A stretch of DNA of 64,000 nt from Tubulanus polymorphus (Eukaryota; Animalia; Nemertea): positions 14,570,110 through 14,634,109 of the forward strand of contig NC_134030.1 of the NCBI RefSeq assembly GCF_964204645.1, given 5' to 3'. This document shows positions 51,853-64,000 of this stretch, piece after piece. The notes beneath the pieces were generated by a model. It did not search any database and had not been told where the DNA came from. It worked only from the letters and a program-made list of their open reading frames with translations. The position numbers were made by a program, and so were the translations under genes. Position 1 is the first letter of the stretch. The number at the start of each line of letters is the position of its first letter.

Positions 51853-54020
51853 AAATAATAATAATAATAAGAAACACGCGAATCTCAATAGGGTTTTCTG
51901 TGATGTAACAGAAAACCCTAATAATAATCACGCGGATATCAATAGGGTTTTCTGTGTAATAACAGAAAACCCTAATTATCACGCGGATATCAATAGGGTT
52001 TTCTGTGAAATAACAGAAAGCCCTAATAATAATAAGAAGAAGAAACACGCGAATCTCAATAGGGTTTTCTGTGATGTCACAGAAAACCCTAAATATAGCT
52101 GCAAAGCAGCGATAACGGGTTTCTGTCTTGCTGGATGAGGAGCGCCACCTAGGGGTCAGCTGATAACATGGCTATGTTGATTCACATGGGATACTACGCG
52201 AAAAGTTCTAATGTACCAAGGTTAGGGGATATGACACCGAGAATAACGAAGATACGGTACTTTTACCATGTTCAAGTGGCCGGTAATTTGCCGGTTAGCA
52301 TACTACCGAATTACAATCGAAAAAACTGATGCTAGAATGAGTTTTCAACATTAACGCCCCTAGTGGTTAGAATAGGAACTATTTATGTTAGGGATTCGTT
52401 GTATCTTATATCCAGGTTCATGTATATCAATTTCATAGAGACCCCTTTATCCGCTTAGTAGCTATCAATGAAAATGCATTTCCAGCAAAATGTAGGTGGC
52501 GCTCCTGGAGAACCATATAAGTTACCTACTTAAACCATACATAAATACAAGTATCTTGAAAAGGGCTACTGACCACACATTGCAACCTCGATTCTATCGC
52601 CGACGGTTAAGGACCTAGGAGCAAAAATCGATGTTTTCACATTCCCCTAGTGGCAGTTTTATGAACTAATCATGCAGGGTGGCATATTACACACATGTCT
52701 TTGTACTTATACCAAGTTTTGTGATTTTCATAATAAACAGACCGCATAAAATGCGAAAAATGGATGCTGAAATCGATTTTTCAAAATTTACGCCCCCTAG
52801 TGGTTAAAATGGGAACTAATCATACGAGGGGTTCGTTTCGTTTAGTAACCAGGTACATGTGTATCAATTTTTATAGAAATCCATTGATACCCTTAGTCGA
52901 TATAGATGAAAATGCGTATTCCAGCATATTATAGGTGGCGCTACTGGAGAACCATATGAGTTACATAGTTATACCATACATGAATAAAAGCGTCTTCGCA
53001 AGGGCTACTGATCACTCGTTGCAACCACGATCTCCAACGGTTAAGGAGCTAGGAGCAAAAATCTTATTAAAAAATTTGGGGGCCCATTTTCGAGCCCGTA
53101 GAGCCCAAACGGTTAATCGCAGATAGGGCGTGCCATTGACTTTTTTAACCTCCGGGCTGTTATGAACAACTTTCGTGCTCGCCCGAAGCTGAAAAGTCAG
53201 ACAAAAAATTCTCACAGTAACTTTTCGATGTCACAATTTTCAAATGTAAAACACCCCCTGGTGGGTGAACGGGGTCTCCAATCAAAGATCACTTCGACTT
53301 ACCTCAATGTACCTGTGTTCCGTACATCTCACGTAAGTTTCAAGTAAATCCGTTGAGCAATATTCTTGTTACTAGCGGAATTCGAAGTATTAAAGCCTAT
53401 ATATGATGCTCTAACTTGTGTTGCCGAAGCAATATATGATGCTCTTTAACATACGGCACAAACAAGGCCATAAAACTTCCTCATTTGCGTTCAGTCGAGC
53501 AATGTCCTAATTCAACAATCGATTCGTAGAAGGAAGAGATAAAACTATCACTACTGGTTACGTGTTTACTACAGATCTAGAACAACACAGCTCTATCGAT
53601 ATAAGGACACAGACACGTATTTAGGAGCCGCTGTGGGAATGACACGTAGGCAATACACATACGTCGATGGATAGTGTTTGAATCGGGCTTAAATTTCGAT
53701 GTTTAGAGGCTCACAGTGAGTAAACAGTGCATTTCTGATTAATATTATATACAGTATTTGTCAATGCAGCGTAGTACTTGTGATACCGAATGGTTTCACC
53801 GACAGTGATATAAGTTGCAGTTGTTTACATCCTTTCAGTTAAGATCCAGTGTGAAAAAGAATATAATAATAATAATAATAATAATCAGCAGGAATACAAT
53901 AGGGTTTCTGCGAAGGCAGCAGAAACCCTAATAATCAACAGAATTACAAGAGGGTTTTCGACGAAAGTCAGAAAACCCTAAAAATAAATATAGCTGCAAG
54001 CAGCGATAACGGGTTTCTGC
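51853..54020. mobile_element. Cluster of DINE-1/HINE-like termini and elements
   Basis: Repeated TAGGGTTTTCTG...CAGAAAACCCTA stem-loops next to (AAT)n, and AATATAGCTGCAA(A)GCAGCGATAACGGG ends. 52320-52640 is duplicated at 52760-53065. Confidence 0.55.
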
Positions 54021-55645
54021 CTTTCTGGATAGAATGTCGTTCAGCGATGCGAGAAAAAATTTCACCGAAATCAGTTCGTTACATTCCGTTTTTTAAAAGA
54101 GTGCCACCTAGGGGTCAACTCACAACATGGATATGTTGACACACATGTGCTACTACGCGCATGTGCTACTACGCGCAAAGTACTAATGTGCCAGGTTTTG
54201 GGGGAAATAACATCGAGAAGAACGAAGCTACGGTGTTTTTACCATTCCCTAGTGACAGTTTAAGCGCATATTCGGTTATTATTAGTTCCGACAAAAAGTC
54301 GACTAGATAAGTAAACCGAATTTGGCCCAAAGCACAAATTTGGCCTATAGGGTAAACTACCCCTTATGAAAATAAAGTGCACTATAAGTGCACTTTAAAA
54401 GTGCACTCAAAAGTGCACTGAATTGGAACAAAGTGCACTTCCCATAAAGTGCACTTTATGGGAGAGTGCACTCTTAGTGTAGAAAAAGTGCACTTTTATT
54501 AAAATGAAATGGATAGTGTACTTTCTCATCCATGTGCACTTCTCCGCACAGAAAGTGTCCTGAAAACCTCCAAAAAAGAATAATGGGATACTCAATTTCA
54601 TTTATGTTTCATTAGGCCTATTATTCGGTCTTATCAGCTACAGTTTTATTCCGACTTTTTAGATTATTTAGTTTTTTTCCTCATTGCCCCACGAATACTG
54701 CTCTTTTCTGCACTTGGAAATTGTGATTTTACATAATCTGAAATAACAAATAAGACATTGGATACAAATTATGGTACGAAATGCATGCCATCAGTTAATT
54801 TGAGTTTTGAATTTTAATTGAGTCTCAAAAAGGCTTGTACAGCATAACTTGACTAACTCGCATCAGATATTCACTTATTTCGGACAATATTCCAGTCCCC
54901 ACTAGGTAATTTCTATTCAAATGAGAGCGCATTATTCGGATTTCATCCCAGGGGATCCGAATTAAGCGAGTTCTACTGTAACTTAAATCCGTTTATACAG
55001 TCAACCCCGCATAAGTCGTCATCGAATTAGTCGTATCATCACATCTCTCGTATAATTATTCTGGTCCCGATTTTTTTCTTCTTTATACCTTATAAATTTA
55101 TGCTTATAACTCGCGACTGTACCTCAATAAGCCGACTAGAGAGCTACGCATATTCTAACAAATTACCTTGACCTGTCTTTACCTTGAGAAGCAAGATATT
55201 ATGAAATGTCACTCTGAGGTAGTAATATGTGAATGTCCCAACAAAGGAAAAGGATTATGGGGCCTCCTAAATTTCAGTGGCAGACCTATAGCAACGTCTG
55301 CTAATAAATTGATCCCCGACTCATAGATATCAGTTTGATTCTGGTGGTCAATGAATATATGGCACTAGAAAAACTCAAATTCTATAAACTAGTTACTCTC
55401 AATTACTTATACTTTATTTGGTGAGAGAAGAGGCTTCGACGACCGGTGTTGTCATATCGCGGAAAGACGGAATCGCGGAATTTTCTAAAAACGCGGAATT
55501 TCTTCATTTTTACTATAAATAGTGAACGGGTTTTCCCACGGGGATACCCACTGTCGGACAGGGCACCGGACCCAGGTTTTCAACACCGGGAATTAGTATT
55601 TGATAATTTATTATATCGCCAGTCAACAACTTAACGATACAAATC

Positions 55646-58600
55646 ATGGAGAACCTAGGCAATACGGGCGCTATTGCACTTTCGTACCCCCCTCCCAAAA
55701 ATTTTTATTTCAGCATATTTATTATCAGGGAGGTCTAGAGATTCAAAATCAGTAACTTTTGACCCAAAAAACTTATTTTTTCTAGGTTAAAATTTTGTTA
55801 TTTTGGGCCCTAAATCGCGTGTAAATTCGCCGATTCGCGACGTCAACAACGCCATATTGGATGTCAATCAAAGTTGCTAACCCTCCACTGAAATGTCATG
55901 ACATAAAAACTTTGCAAAAACCATGTTTTCAAACATAACCATCTCTGAAAATAACGCGTATGATTGCATTATTTTCATACTTAGCTATTGATTTAAAGAT
56001 GTCCTGATGAAGAAAAGTTATGTACCCAAAAACGAAATTATGTCAATTCAATTCAATTCCATTTATTGAGATATATTTATTCAGATGTTTTTAGGTGGTA
56101 ATTAGTGCGGAAACATGGCCGACCCGTCGGTTTGAATCGAGGAAATCGGCCCCAAATTATCAGAATTTTGGCTTGGAAAAATTATTATTTTTTGTCAAAA
56201 GTAATTTATTTTGACTCTACAGACCTCCCTGATAATAAATATGCTGAAATAAAAACTTTTGGGAGGGGGGTACGAAAGTGCAATAGCGCCGGCAATACGT
56301 GCTTTGCGTATCACTGCATTAACTGAAGGAATGCATATCGATGGTACGTAAACGTAGGATTTGTGATGACACCATGGGTCATTCTCCAGGACTCAGTTCC
56401 GAGTTAAGATTTGACTCTGTCTCTCTGGTCTCTTCTGGATTTAAAACATTGGAAATGAATTGATTCTAAAAGTAACCTAAAAGTAATTCAGAGTTAACTC
56501 ACAACTGTGGAACTGGATCCAGAAAAGTAATTCTTACAATTCATTAGGCCCATGGCAGGCTCTCTACTTAAATATAATGAAGGCCTTCGCCTACGAAATG
56601 AATTTTTTTTTTCGAGCAGCTAATTAAGGCTTAATTGATTAATTCAGGCAATTAATCCATCAACTTTGACTGCTGACCCATCCACGGCACAGTGACTTGC
56701 GTGTCGGGCCTGTACCACTGACCACCATTGAAGCAAAAGGCAGTGCGATGGGACGCATCACGATTTCTGCTTATGTTAGGGCCTATGAGTATGACAGGTA
56801 CCGCTAGGCTGAATCTTTTCCATGGCTTGCTTTTGATTTTAATTGGTATTTCATGCTATTAGTGTATGAAATATTCACTGAGGTTGGCCGGAAAATGAAT
56901 CTTAAGTGCTTGTTGCAATTTTAAAAATATCTATCCATCCCCCAACGTCAACAGCGCTCTGCTTTCAGCCTATATGTAGGGCCTACCTTGTGAAGTGCAT
57001 GATGTGTGACATAGTGCACATAGATGAGCATGTATTGCATCTACCCACGGTCAGGCCCACACAAGCCTGCATGCAGATGTGTCAGATATAAAATGAAAGG
57101 TTTTAATTCATAATAGAAATTTAACAATTCAAAATGTTTGGTGTTGTTTTTTTTAACGAGGCCTATGTTTTATTTCAGATGATGTATTATCAGTTCCTTT
57201 GCAACTAATGAAGAAATTACAAAGAGGTGGTGAACAACCTCTATTTCCAGAAGGGCTTGAGGATTTTTTGGAATGTAAGTATTAAGTAGGCCTATATTGT
57301 AATTGTCACGTAGCCAAGGATTTCAACTAGTGGTGTTTCTATAGTTAAAAGCTTATGCTAAAGTCTATTTCAACTTACATACCTGATAAAAGTCATACCT
57401 TATAAAAACTTTTATCAGGTATGTACCATCAAAAAGACTGGTTACGTGCTCTCAAGTCAAGTTGAAATAGACATTGAACAAGATGGTACAGTATGTGTTG
57501 GCCTACTGAGATGGTTTTTATGTTTATGTTTTATCAGCTGAAGGATTTGGAGGTGGGATCCAGCATGATGCCCATCAATTTTTACTGGCTTGTTTTCGAG
57601 ACATATCAGCAACTTGTCCGTAAGTTTTCATTTAACAAAAGAACCACGAGGACGATACAATCTATTTTGTCCCTCTCTAATGTAAAATTACCAGATCAAG
57701 TCCAATAAAGCCTGGAATATTACCTCGCTCGAAGTGTCATTATAAGAAAGAAGAAATTCAGCGACAAACCTATACAGTCCCTATATCCCTAAATACAAAG
57801 GTAATCAATGCAAACACCCAGCCCCTCGATCTCAGCCACTTTATATAAGGGTAATCCACACAGATACACAGTCCCTCGATGCCAGACAAATGATGTCATT
57901 GCTATTCAAAAACCGCTTGAATTGCATCTCATGCGGCATAAAACTGATAATTCATTGGTTTGTCCGTATGTCTGTACGTCTTAACGGTCTAATATAGGTA
58001 AGATTTATTTAATCATCCCAATATTTGCAGATGAATCTCAAATGCAGTCACGTGGTTAGTCTCTGCTGGAACTGTTTAATGCTATAATGAAGATTTGCTT
58101 CTCAGGCATATAAATGAAAGCAAAATTGATTGCTGGAATATCTATACGACTACCTTTACATGAGGTTTTACTTGTTATTTTGAATATTGCTGTGTTTCAG
58201 ATTATAAGTTCAACATACTCATTTCTTAAATTTCAGGGAAATTTATGATTTGTTTAAATGCCGAACAAGTAGTAAAAGTAAATCATTCATTTGTACTTAT
58301 AGTACTGTGTAATTCAAGTTTGGCAAAACAGATGACTTCCAATGTCTTCTGAGTTTTTCAAACTTAGCAAAAGATCGTGATTAAAAAGTTTCAATCTCCA
58401 TGGATTTCCAATCAATTAGATGCACCTAATGCAGCTAGTGTTTTATTCTTCAATGAACTGTTCTACTAACAAAATATGTAATTCTCCGCTGAAGAAACTT
58501 GCATGTCTATTTTAGATCAGAATGAAAGTTATTGGTATGAATTTAAATTACTTTTAAAAAGTACGGTCGTAGTCGTTAATGCCACTGTTTGGATCTTTGC

Positions 58601-60971
58601 AAAAGATAGCATTTAAACAAATTGAGCATGGTATTTCAGTTGAATTTGAGTTTGATTGGGAGGATAGTTTTATAACGGGCTTTCATTGTAGCTATTTTTG
58701 TAAGTTAATTTTTTTGAAAGTAGCTCTGGAACTCTAACTAAAATTGGATATAGATTGGCGTTTGTCAAAGCAAACTCCTATTCTATGAACAAATGATTCT
58801 GCAATCTAAAATAGTATGTGATACAGTTGTTCCTTCATAAAATATATTGCGTATATAAAGTCCGAAGTTTGGACAGTAATTTTCTTTTTGTTGTTGTTGT
58901 TGTTTTTTCGTATTCTGAATACTCTGCCTGGATAGAGGAGATGCTTTAACTGGGAACAAAACATGGGAAGGTGTAAGTTTTATAGTTTTATAAAGCCAAT
59001 TGAAATTATTATTTATTGTTCTTATTCCATCATCAAGTGGAGCGTTTGCTCTTACAATACGTGTAATTTAACAAAAATGATTTTTTGATAATTGTGATGG
59101 TATGGATTTTATGTGGGATCTTGCTTTATTCCAGTCGTGTGTTTATGTTGTTTATATGAATCGGTTAAGGAAGAAAATGTTTCAACTTTAGACTTGGGTT
59201 TGAATTATGTAAGATTTTTTTTCATTATGATTCAAAAACTTATTATAAATTTAATGCCCTCAACAAAATGCCCTGTATAAATGTCTCTAATCTATACAGG
59301 AAAATGGTTTGTCAATCAGTGACTTGATAGGAAAATACATGAGTACGGAGTTGCTTGAACGAAGTGAGCGCTACAATTGTCCCAGGTGATTACATGGAAA
59401 TTATTTGCTAGTATGCCTAATTTTTCCACCAATTATCACGCTATTGGCAGCCATCTTGGTGTCATCAGTTTTCCGTTGGTTTAAAAAAAGTTGTTTTTGG
59501 GATAATAACAACAGGTTTTTAACTTGTAGTCTTTATATTTGAATATAATTGGCACTGCCATAGGATACTACTCCTCGAATGGAAACGGGATCACCCAATT
59601 GTTTGTTTTTGCCACTACTAGGAAGGGGGCCTTGAATATTGAATCATAGGCCTATACAATAATTCAATTTTTCGGTACCTATTATCGCTCGTGTCGCGTT
59701 CTATGAAAGTGCTTTCAAGGCCATCAGTATTTGAATACACCAGGGGGCGTTGAATAGCAGGATGATTTAGTATTTCCATATTATGTGGTACCTAGACATA
59801 TTTTGTTACCATGATCAATTGCCAGATGTAACATGTCATATGGTACAATTGTAAATATATTTCAATTGGAATAATATAGGTGTAAAGGTTTGCAGTTGGC
59901 TAGCAAGAAGATATCTGTGGAATCGATAAATAAATTCTTAGTTATTCAGTTGAAGAGGTAAGAACAAGCTTCCTGTTTGTTTAATTGAGTTATTACATGT
60001 TTAATCCCAACCGGAATGCATTACCATTTAATTGGCCTGAAATGATGTGTATTGCGTTGTTTGATTGTACTGCTTAGGTATATGTTCGCTGGAAAAATTG
60101 ATAATGTGATTAAATTGGAAGAATATCTGAGAGTTGAAGAAAATGATTCAGTAAGTTTGATGGATTGCATGAATCCTTTCATGTTATATGTATTGGTTAG
60201 GTTGCAATTCATGCGTTTGGTTCTTTCTTTGAAAAAATCTTTTCACCAATTTCAGCCCCACTATATTGCTTGTATAAACTGCTAGTATCCCTGTCTTTTA
60301 AGGTAAAGCATATGCGTCTGAAGGCTTGCGTAAAGCATCATGGAGTCGATACTTTGTCTGGTCATTATGTTGCCTTAGTCAGGAAGGGGATATCGTGGTA
60401 CAGTTGTGATGATGATGAGGTGAGAATATATTTGGATTCATTCTTGAATTAATTTTTCTGTTTATATCTGTGAAATATGTTAGAAATTGATCATTGTTGT
60501 AGGAACACATATTGATACAAAACAAAGGAAACATTGTTACGTGAAACAAGAATTGTTTCGATTGTTGTGTGTAATGTAGTAGTAGTACAAAAAAAAATAT
60601 GTAAACATAATCAATTTCTTGTTATTAGTTTTGCTGCGCATGGTATGGGCTTTTAAATAATAATATTTATTTCGGCATGTTTAAAAATGCAGTATATATA
60701 GATAATATATAATTACAATTAAGCGAATTAAGTTACATACTAATATTTATTTCGGCATGTTTAAAAATGCAGTATATATAGATAATATATAATTACAATT
60801 AAGCGAATTAAGTTACATACGTACACTGCTGGATGCTTGGAAAGCCAATAAAGGCTGTGCTCCGATTGAGATTTGAAATGGATTTTTAAAAATACTTTCA
60901 AGGTGCGACGGGTTGACTTAGCCACATTTGGAAGGGATGAGTACCTTTTATTCTATGAAGAAATTTCAGAG
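55646..60971 (+). pseudogene. Spliced ubiquitin-specific protease (USP/C19) gene inside the MULE
   Basis: Cys box MENLGNT|CF (55646-55666 + 56300). GT-AG exons: 57179-57274; 57538-57619 (QHDAHQFLL); 58237-58277 (EIYDLF); 59880-59957 (CKG..ASKKI..FLVIQLKR); 60078-60150; 60303-60419 (HHG..SGHYVA..WYSCDD); 60903-60971 (YLLFY). Confidence 0.85.
55667..56290. mobile_element. 624-bp MITE with 9-bp TSD GGCAATACG (Mutator-type)
   Basis: TIR GGCGCTATTGCACTTTCGTACCCCCCTCCCAAAA; TSD at 55658-55666 and 56291-56299. Confidence 0.92.
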
Positions 60972-62904
60972 GTAAAACAGCAAATTACTGGAGATTTGTA
61001 CTTTCTAATTGTCATCCAAGATTAGCTATCTTTGATTAGAAAATCTTTTTTTTAACCTATAACCGAATTCATTTAATGACGCACAATTGTATTTCTTAAT
61101 TGATTAATTTTCTGGGAATAACTGTACCATGTATTACAGTAATTGATGCCGGTCTTGTGTTCCGGAGGTTATTTTGGTGATGTCTGGGTGATATACTTGT
61201 GGTGAAACAAACACAACATTTCTTATTTTGAATGTATTTTCCTATTGTATTAGAAGGTGAATTTTTTGTTTTGATTATGATTGTTTTTATGAATTTTGAC
61301 TAATTCATATTTTATCCCAAAATCTTAGGAAGATTACATGTTTCAAGATATTGATGAATGTTTGTTTCAAGATATTGATGAATGTTGCAGCGCTGAACTT
61401 TCAAGGTACGCTTACGTAGCTCAAGATCTGATAATATACTAGTTGTAAAAGTATCATGATTATTGCATTTATTGATATGTATAATAGTTAAGTGCAAATG
61501 CATATTTTTAGAGCTAGATCTTCTCCAATTGTGATATCATCATCCTCTAACGAAAATGATGAAGATGCTGACAATAATACATATATTGGTTTTACGAAAC
61601 GGTCTATTGGTTCTGAGAAAGGATTGATTGGTGCTGAAAAAAGATCTATCAGTTCCAAAGAAGGATCTATCGGTGCCAAAAAGAGGTACCGTGTTTTCCA
61701 AAATTATCGATTTTCTCGCCACAATCATGTGTCTGAAGGGGATGGCTATATACAATGTCGAATTGTACACTTCAGTAATTGTAAGGTTACTGATTGTATT
61801 ATTGTGCTTGTTTTGTGTAATGATAAATGAATCCAAGGACCGTTTATATCTAGGTTATGCCAAAAGGTTAAGTGTAAGCTTTGTCGCTTCACCTGTAACA
61901 GTAGAGAACAATTGAAAAACCACCATATTGACAAACATCTCGATGATTTTATGATGGACATTGAGGAAATGAATCGGTGAGTATATTCATTCAAACTATC
62001 CCGGTATTGTCTTTCATTCTCAGATTGCCTCCCGGACAACTGCCCCAGACGTTGAAACACTGTACATGAATTTCTTTAGATTTTCATTGGTTGTCATTGT
62101 TGTGTTTTTTCATCGAGAAATGTGAGGAGGGGGCGATTCATATCATATATCATATCATATATCATTATTTACCATCAAAGAGGGCCATAGGACTATATAC
62201 AGACAGCCTCTTAGTTTAGATATTGAATGTGCTTTGTTATGTAGGTACTAAAAGTACATCTCTTAAATTGTTCTTTAAGAAGGGTGCCGCTATAGAATAA
62301 GGTCTACTTTATGTCTCATGGTTCTGTCTAAAAGTTTCAATAAAAATAAGTTTTTCTCTTGTTGAAAAATATCAGTTCTTGCTGTATCGATTTTTTTGCA
62401 CTTTAAAGTTGCCCTGGTTGTTTTGTCAAAACTGTACACAAATGCTTGATCATATTATGTATATGTTCCCTTAGATCCGCACACTCACCTACAACCGGAG
62501 TTAGAAGGGAAACTGATGATACAGATGATATATGTACTAGCTTAGAAACGTAAGTCCTTCCAAATAAATACGTATCACATGTGTTTCTAAATATTTAATT
62601 TTGATTACGATTTTTATGCATTATTGGTAAATAGGTAAACAATCTGCATTCCTCATGATTCCTGTCCATCAGACTTAAATAAATCTAAAGAATGAAAGTG
62701 TTTGAAATCATATTTCATCGGGATATAGCAAATGCCGAGTACAAAAACATGATGTCAGTTTTGTGAATTATTACCAATCTAAAATTAAAATTCTCATTCC
62801 AGAAATATGGAAGAGAACTGTAAAGAGATTGAGTAAGTATATAGGTCTATATGAGAAATGTTTTAGCTTTGGGTATTTGAAATCCATGACGTTCAGCGTA
62901 CCAT

Positions 62905-64000
62905 ATGTATCTATCATATCTCTCAATTTCTTACAGACATTTGCATAATGATGCGATGATACCAATATTTTCCAAAGAGAAGTATTGCGACCTAGATAAG
63001 AACTGTCGTGCATTGCTCACTACAAAACAGGAACTTCAATGTAAGAAAGTACCATATAATATATCCGGGAATGTGTCTTTTGTGGTAGATTTAGAAAGCG
63101 TTTCTCTGGCTGACCGGCCATGTGACGGTATTGGTGTTTACATCAACAACAGCACATCCAGAAGATATATCGAGTTGGTAGATGGGAAATATGTCATGAA
63201 AAAATCATCAACCGGGTTACTTTTAAAGAAAACGTACTATCGACATAAAAAGGAGAGTGACTTAAAGAAGCAGATCAGCTATATCGTTGACAAAGCTGGA
63301 AATGTTGTCAATAAACAAGCGTTTGTACAGTATATTTTTGAAGGGGAAGAACATGAGGTAATAGTAGGCAAACATGGGAACAGCAAAACGAGTAGGAAGC
63401 CCTATAGTCGGGTAAAAGAAAGTATAAGTTCAGTCTTAAAATCTAATATGCTTGGACAAAGTACATCTGAGGCAGTATCGTCAGTTGTTTCTTCTCAGGG
63501 GGGTTCTATGTCAATTTCATCTTTGGCTGATATTCCTACTCGCCGAATGGCATATAATATTGCTCACAGTAGCATCATTCAAAAAGCAATGATGAAGTCT
63601 CGTCTCTTCTCGATATGGCAAAGCAGGGAAAATTCAAAAATTTCATCAGAGATATGAGAGTGCACCCTCATTTGGCAGCAGTAATTTCATTTGGCAGCAG
63701 TAATTTCGACAGATGAAACTATCAGTGATATTGTTAAGTTTTGTTCTGACCCAATAGATATGTCCCCTATTTCTTTTGATCCTACCTTCAAATTTGGCCA
63801 GTTTGATGTCACGCCTATAACCTACAGGCACTTACATTTAGTGAGTAAACGTACTGGAAAAAGTCCTATATTTACAGGACCTGTCTTGATACATTTCAAC
63901 AAAACTACTGATGTTTATAAACAATTGTTTGACTCCAGTTGTCGAATATCACCAGATATTCATAACATTCTCTGTTTTGGTACAGATGGTGAAAGTGCAC
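62905..64000 (+). pseudogene. MULE transposase 5' part, copy 2
   Basis: Near-identical to 36361-37456, but has CAA at 63922-63924 where copy 1 has TAA. Confidence 0.85.

Larger units (their letters stand above)
55444..64000 (+). mobile_element. MULE transposon, copy 2 (continues past the window end)
   Basis: TIR at 55444 preceded by TTCGACGAC. 57910-64000 is a near-identical inverted copy of 36361-42450. Confidence 0.9.

Noticed and set aside
54375-54542. Clustered AAGTGCACT palindromic motifs
   Set aside because: Irregular low-complexity repeat with no boundaries, spacers or supportable function.
57910-64000. Inverted 6-kb duplication as an assembly artefact
   Set aside because: The copies differ by scattered substitutions (e.g. 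CAA vs TAA at 63922), have different 5' structures and show informative TSD flanks.

Overview
AT-rich eukaryotic (probably invertebrate animal) genomic DNA made almost entirely of nested mobile elements. I recognise no ordinary host gene. (1) A ~19.2-kb, recently decayed Polinton/Maverick (adintovirus-like endogenous virus) at 10773-29988 has ~420-bp TIRs. It encodes pPolB, RVE integrase-chromo, A32-type ATPase, major and minor capsid proteins, an HNH nuclease and several membrane proteins, but no recognisable protease. Twelve of its ORFs start with a poxvirus-late-promoter-like TAAATG, and its termini are long palindromes. (2) The terminal fragment of a second, related Polinton lies at 42659-43416. 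(3) Two inverted copies of a Mutator-like (MULE) transposon (33443-42658 and 55444-end) carry a spliced USP/C19 deubiquitinase gene upstream of the transposase. Their swapped 9-bp TSDs show that the intervening >=15 kb was inverted. (4) The rest is a 31-bp satellite, Helentron/HINE-type elements, IS3EU-like and MULE MITEs, and 1.76-kb foldback elements. Family assignments come from motifs I recognised by eye; no database search was run.
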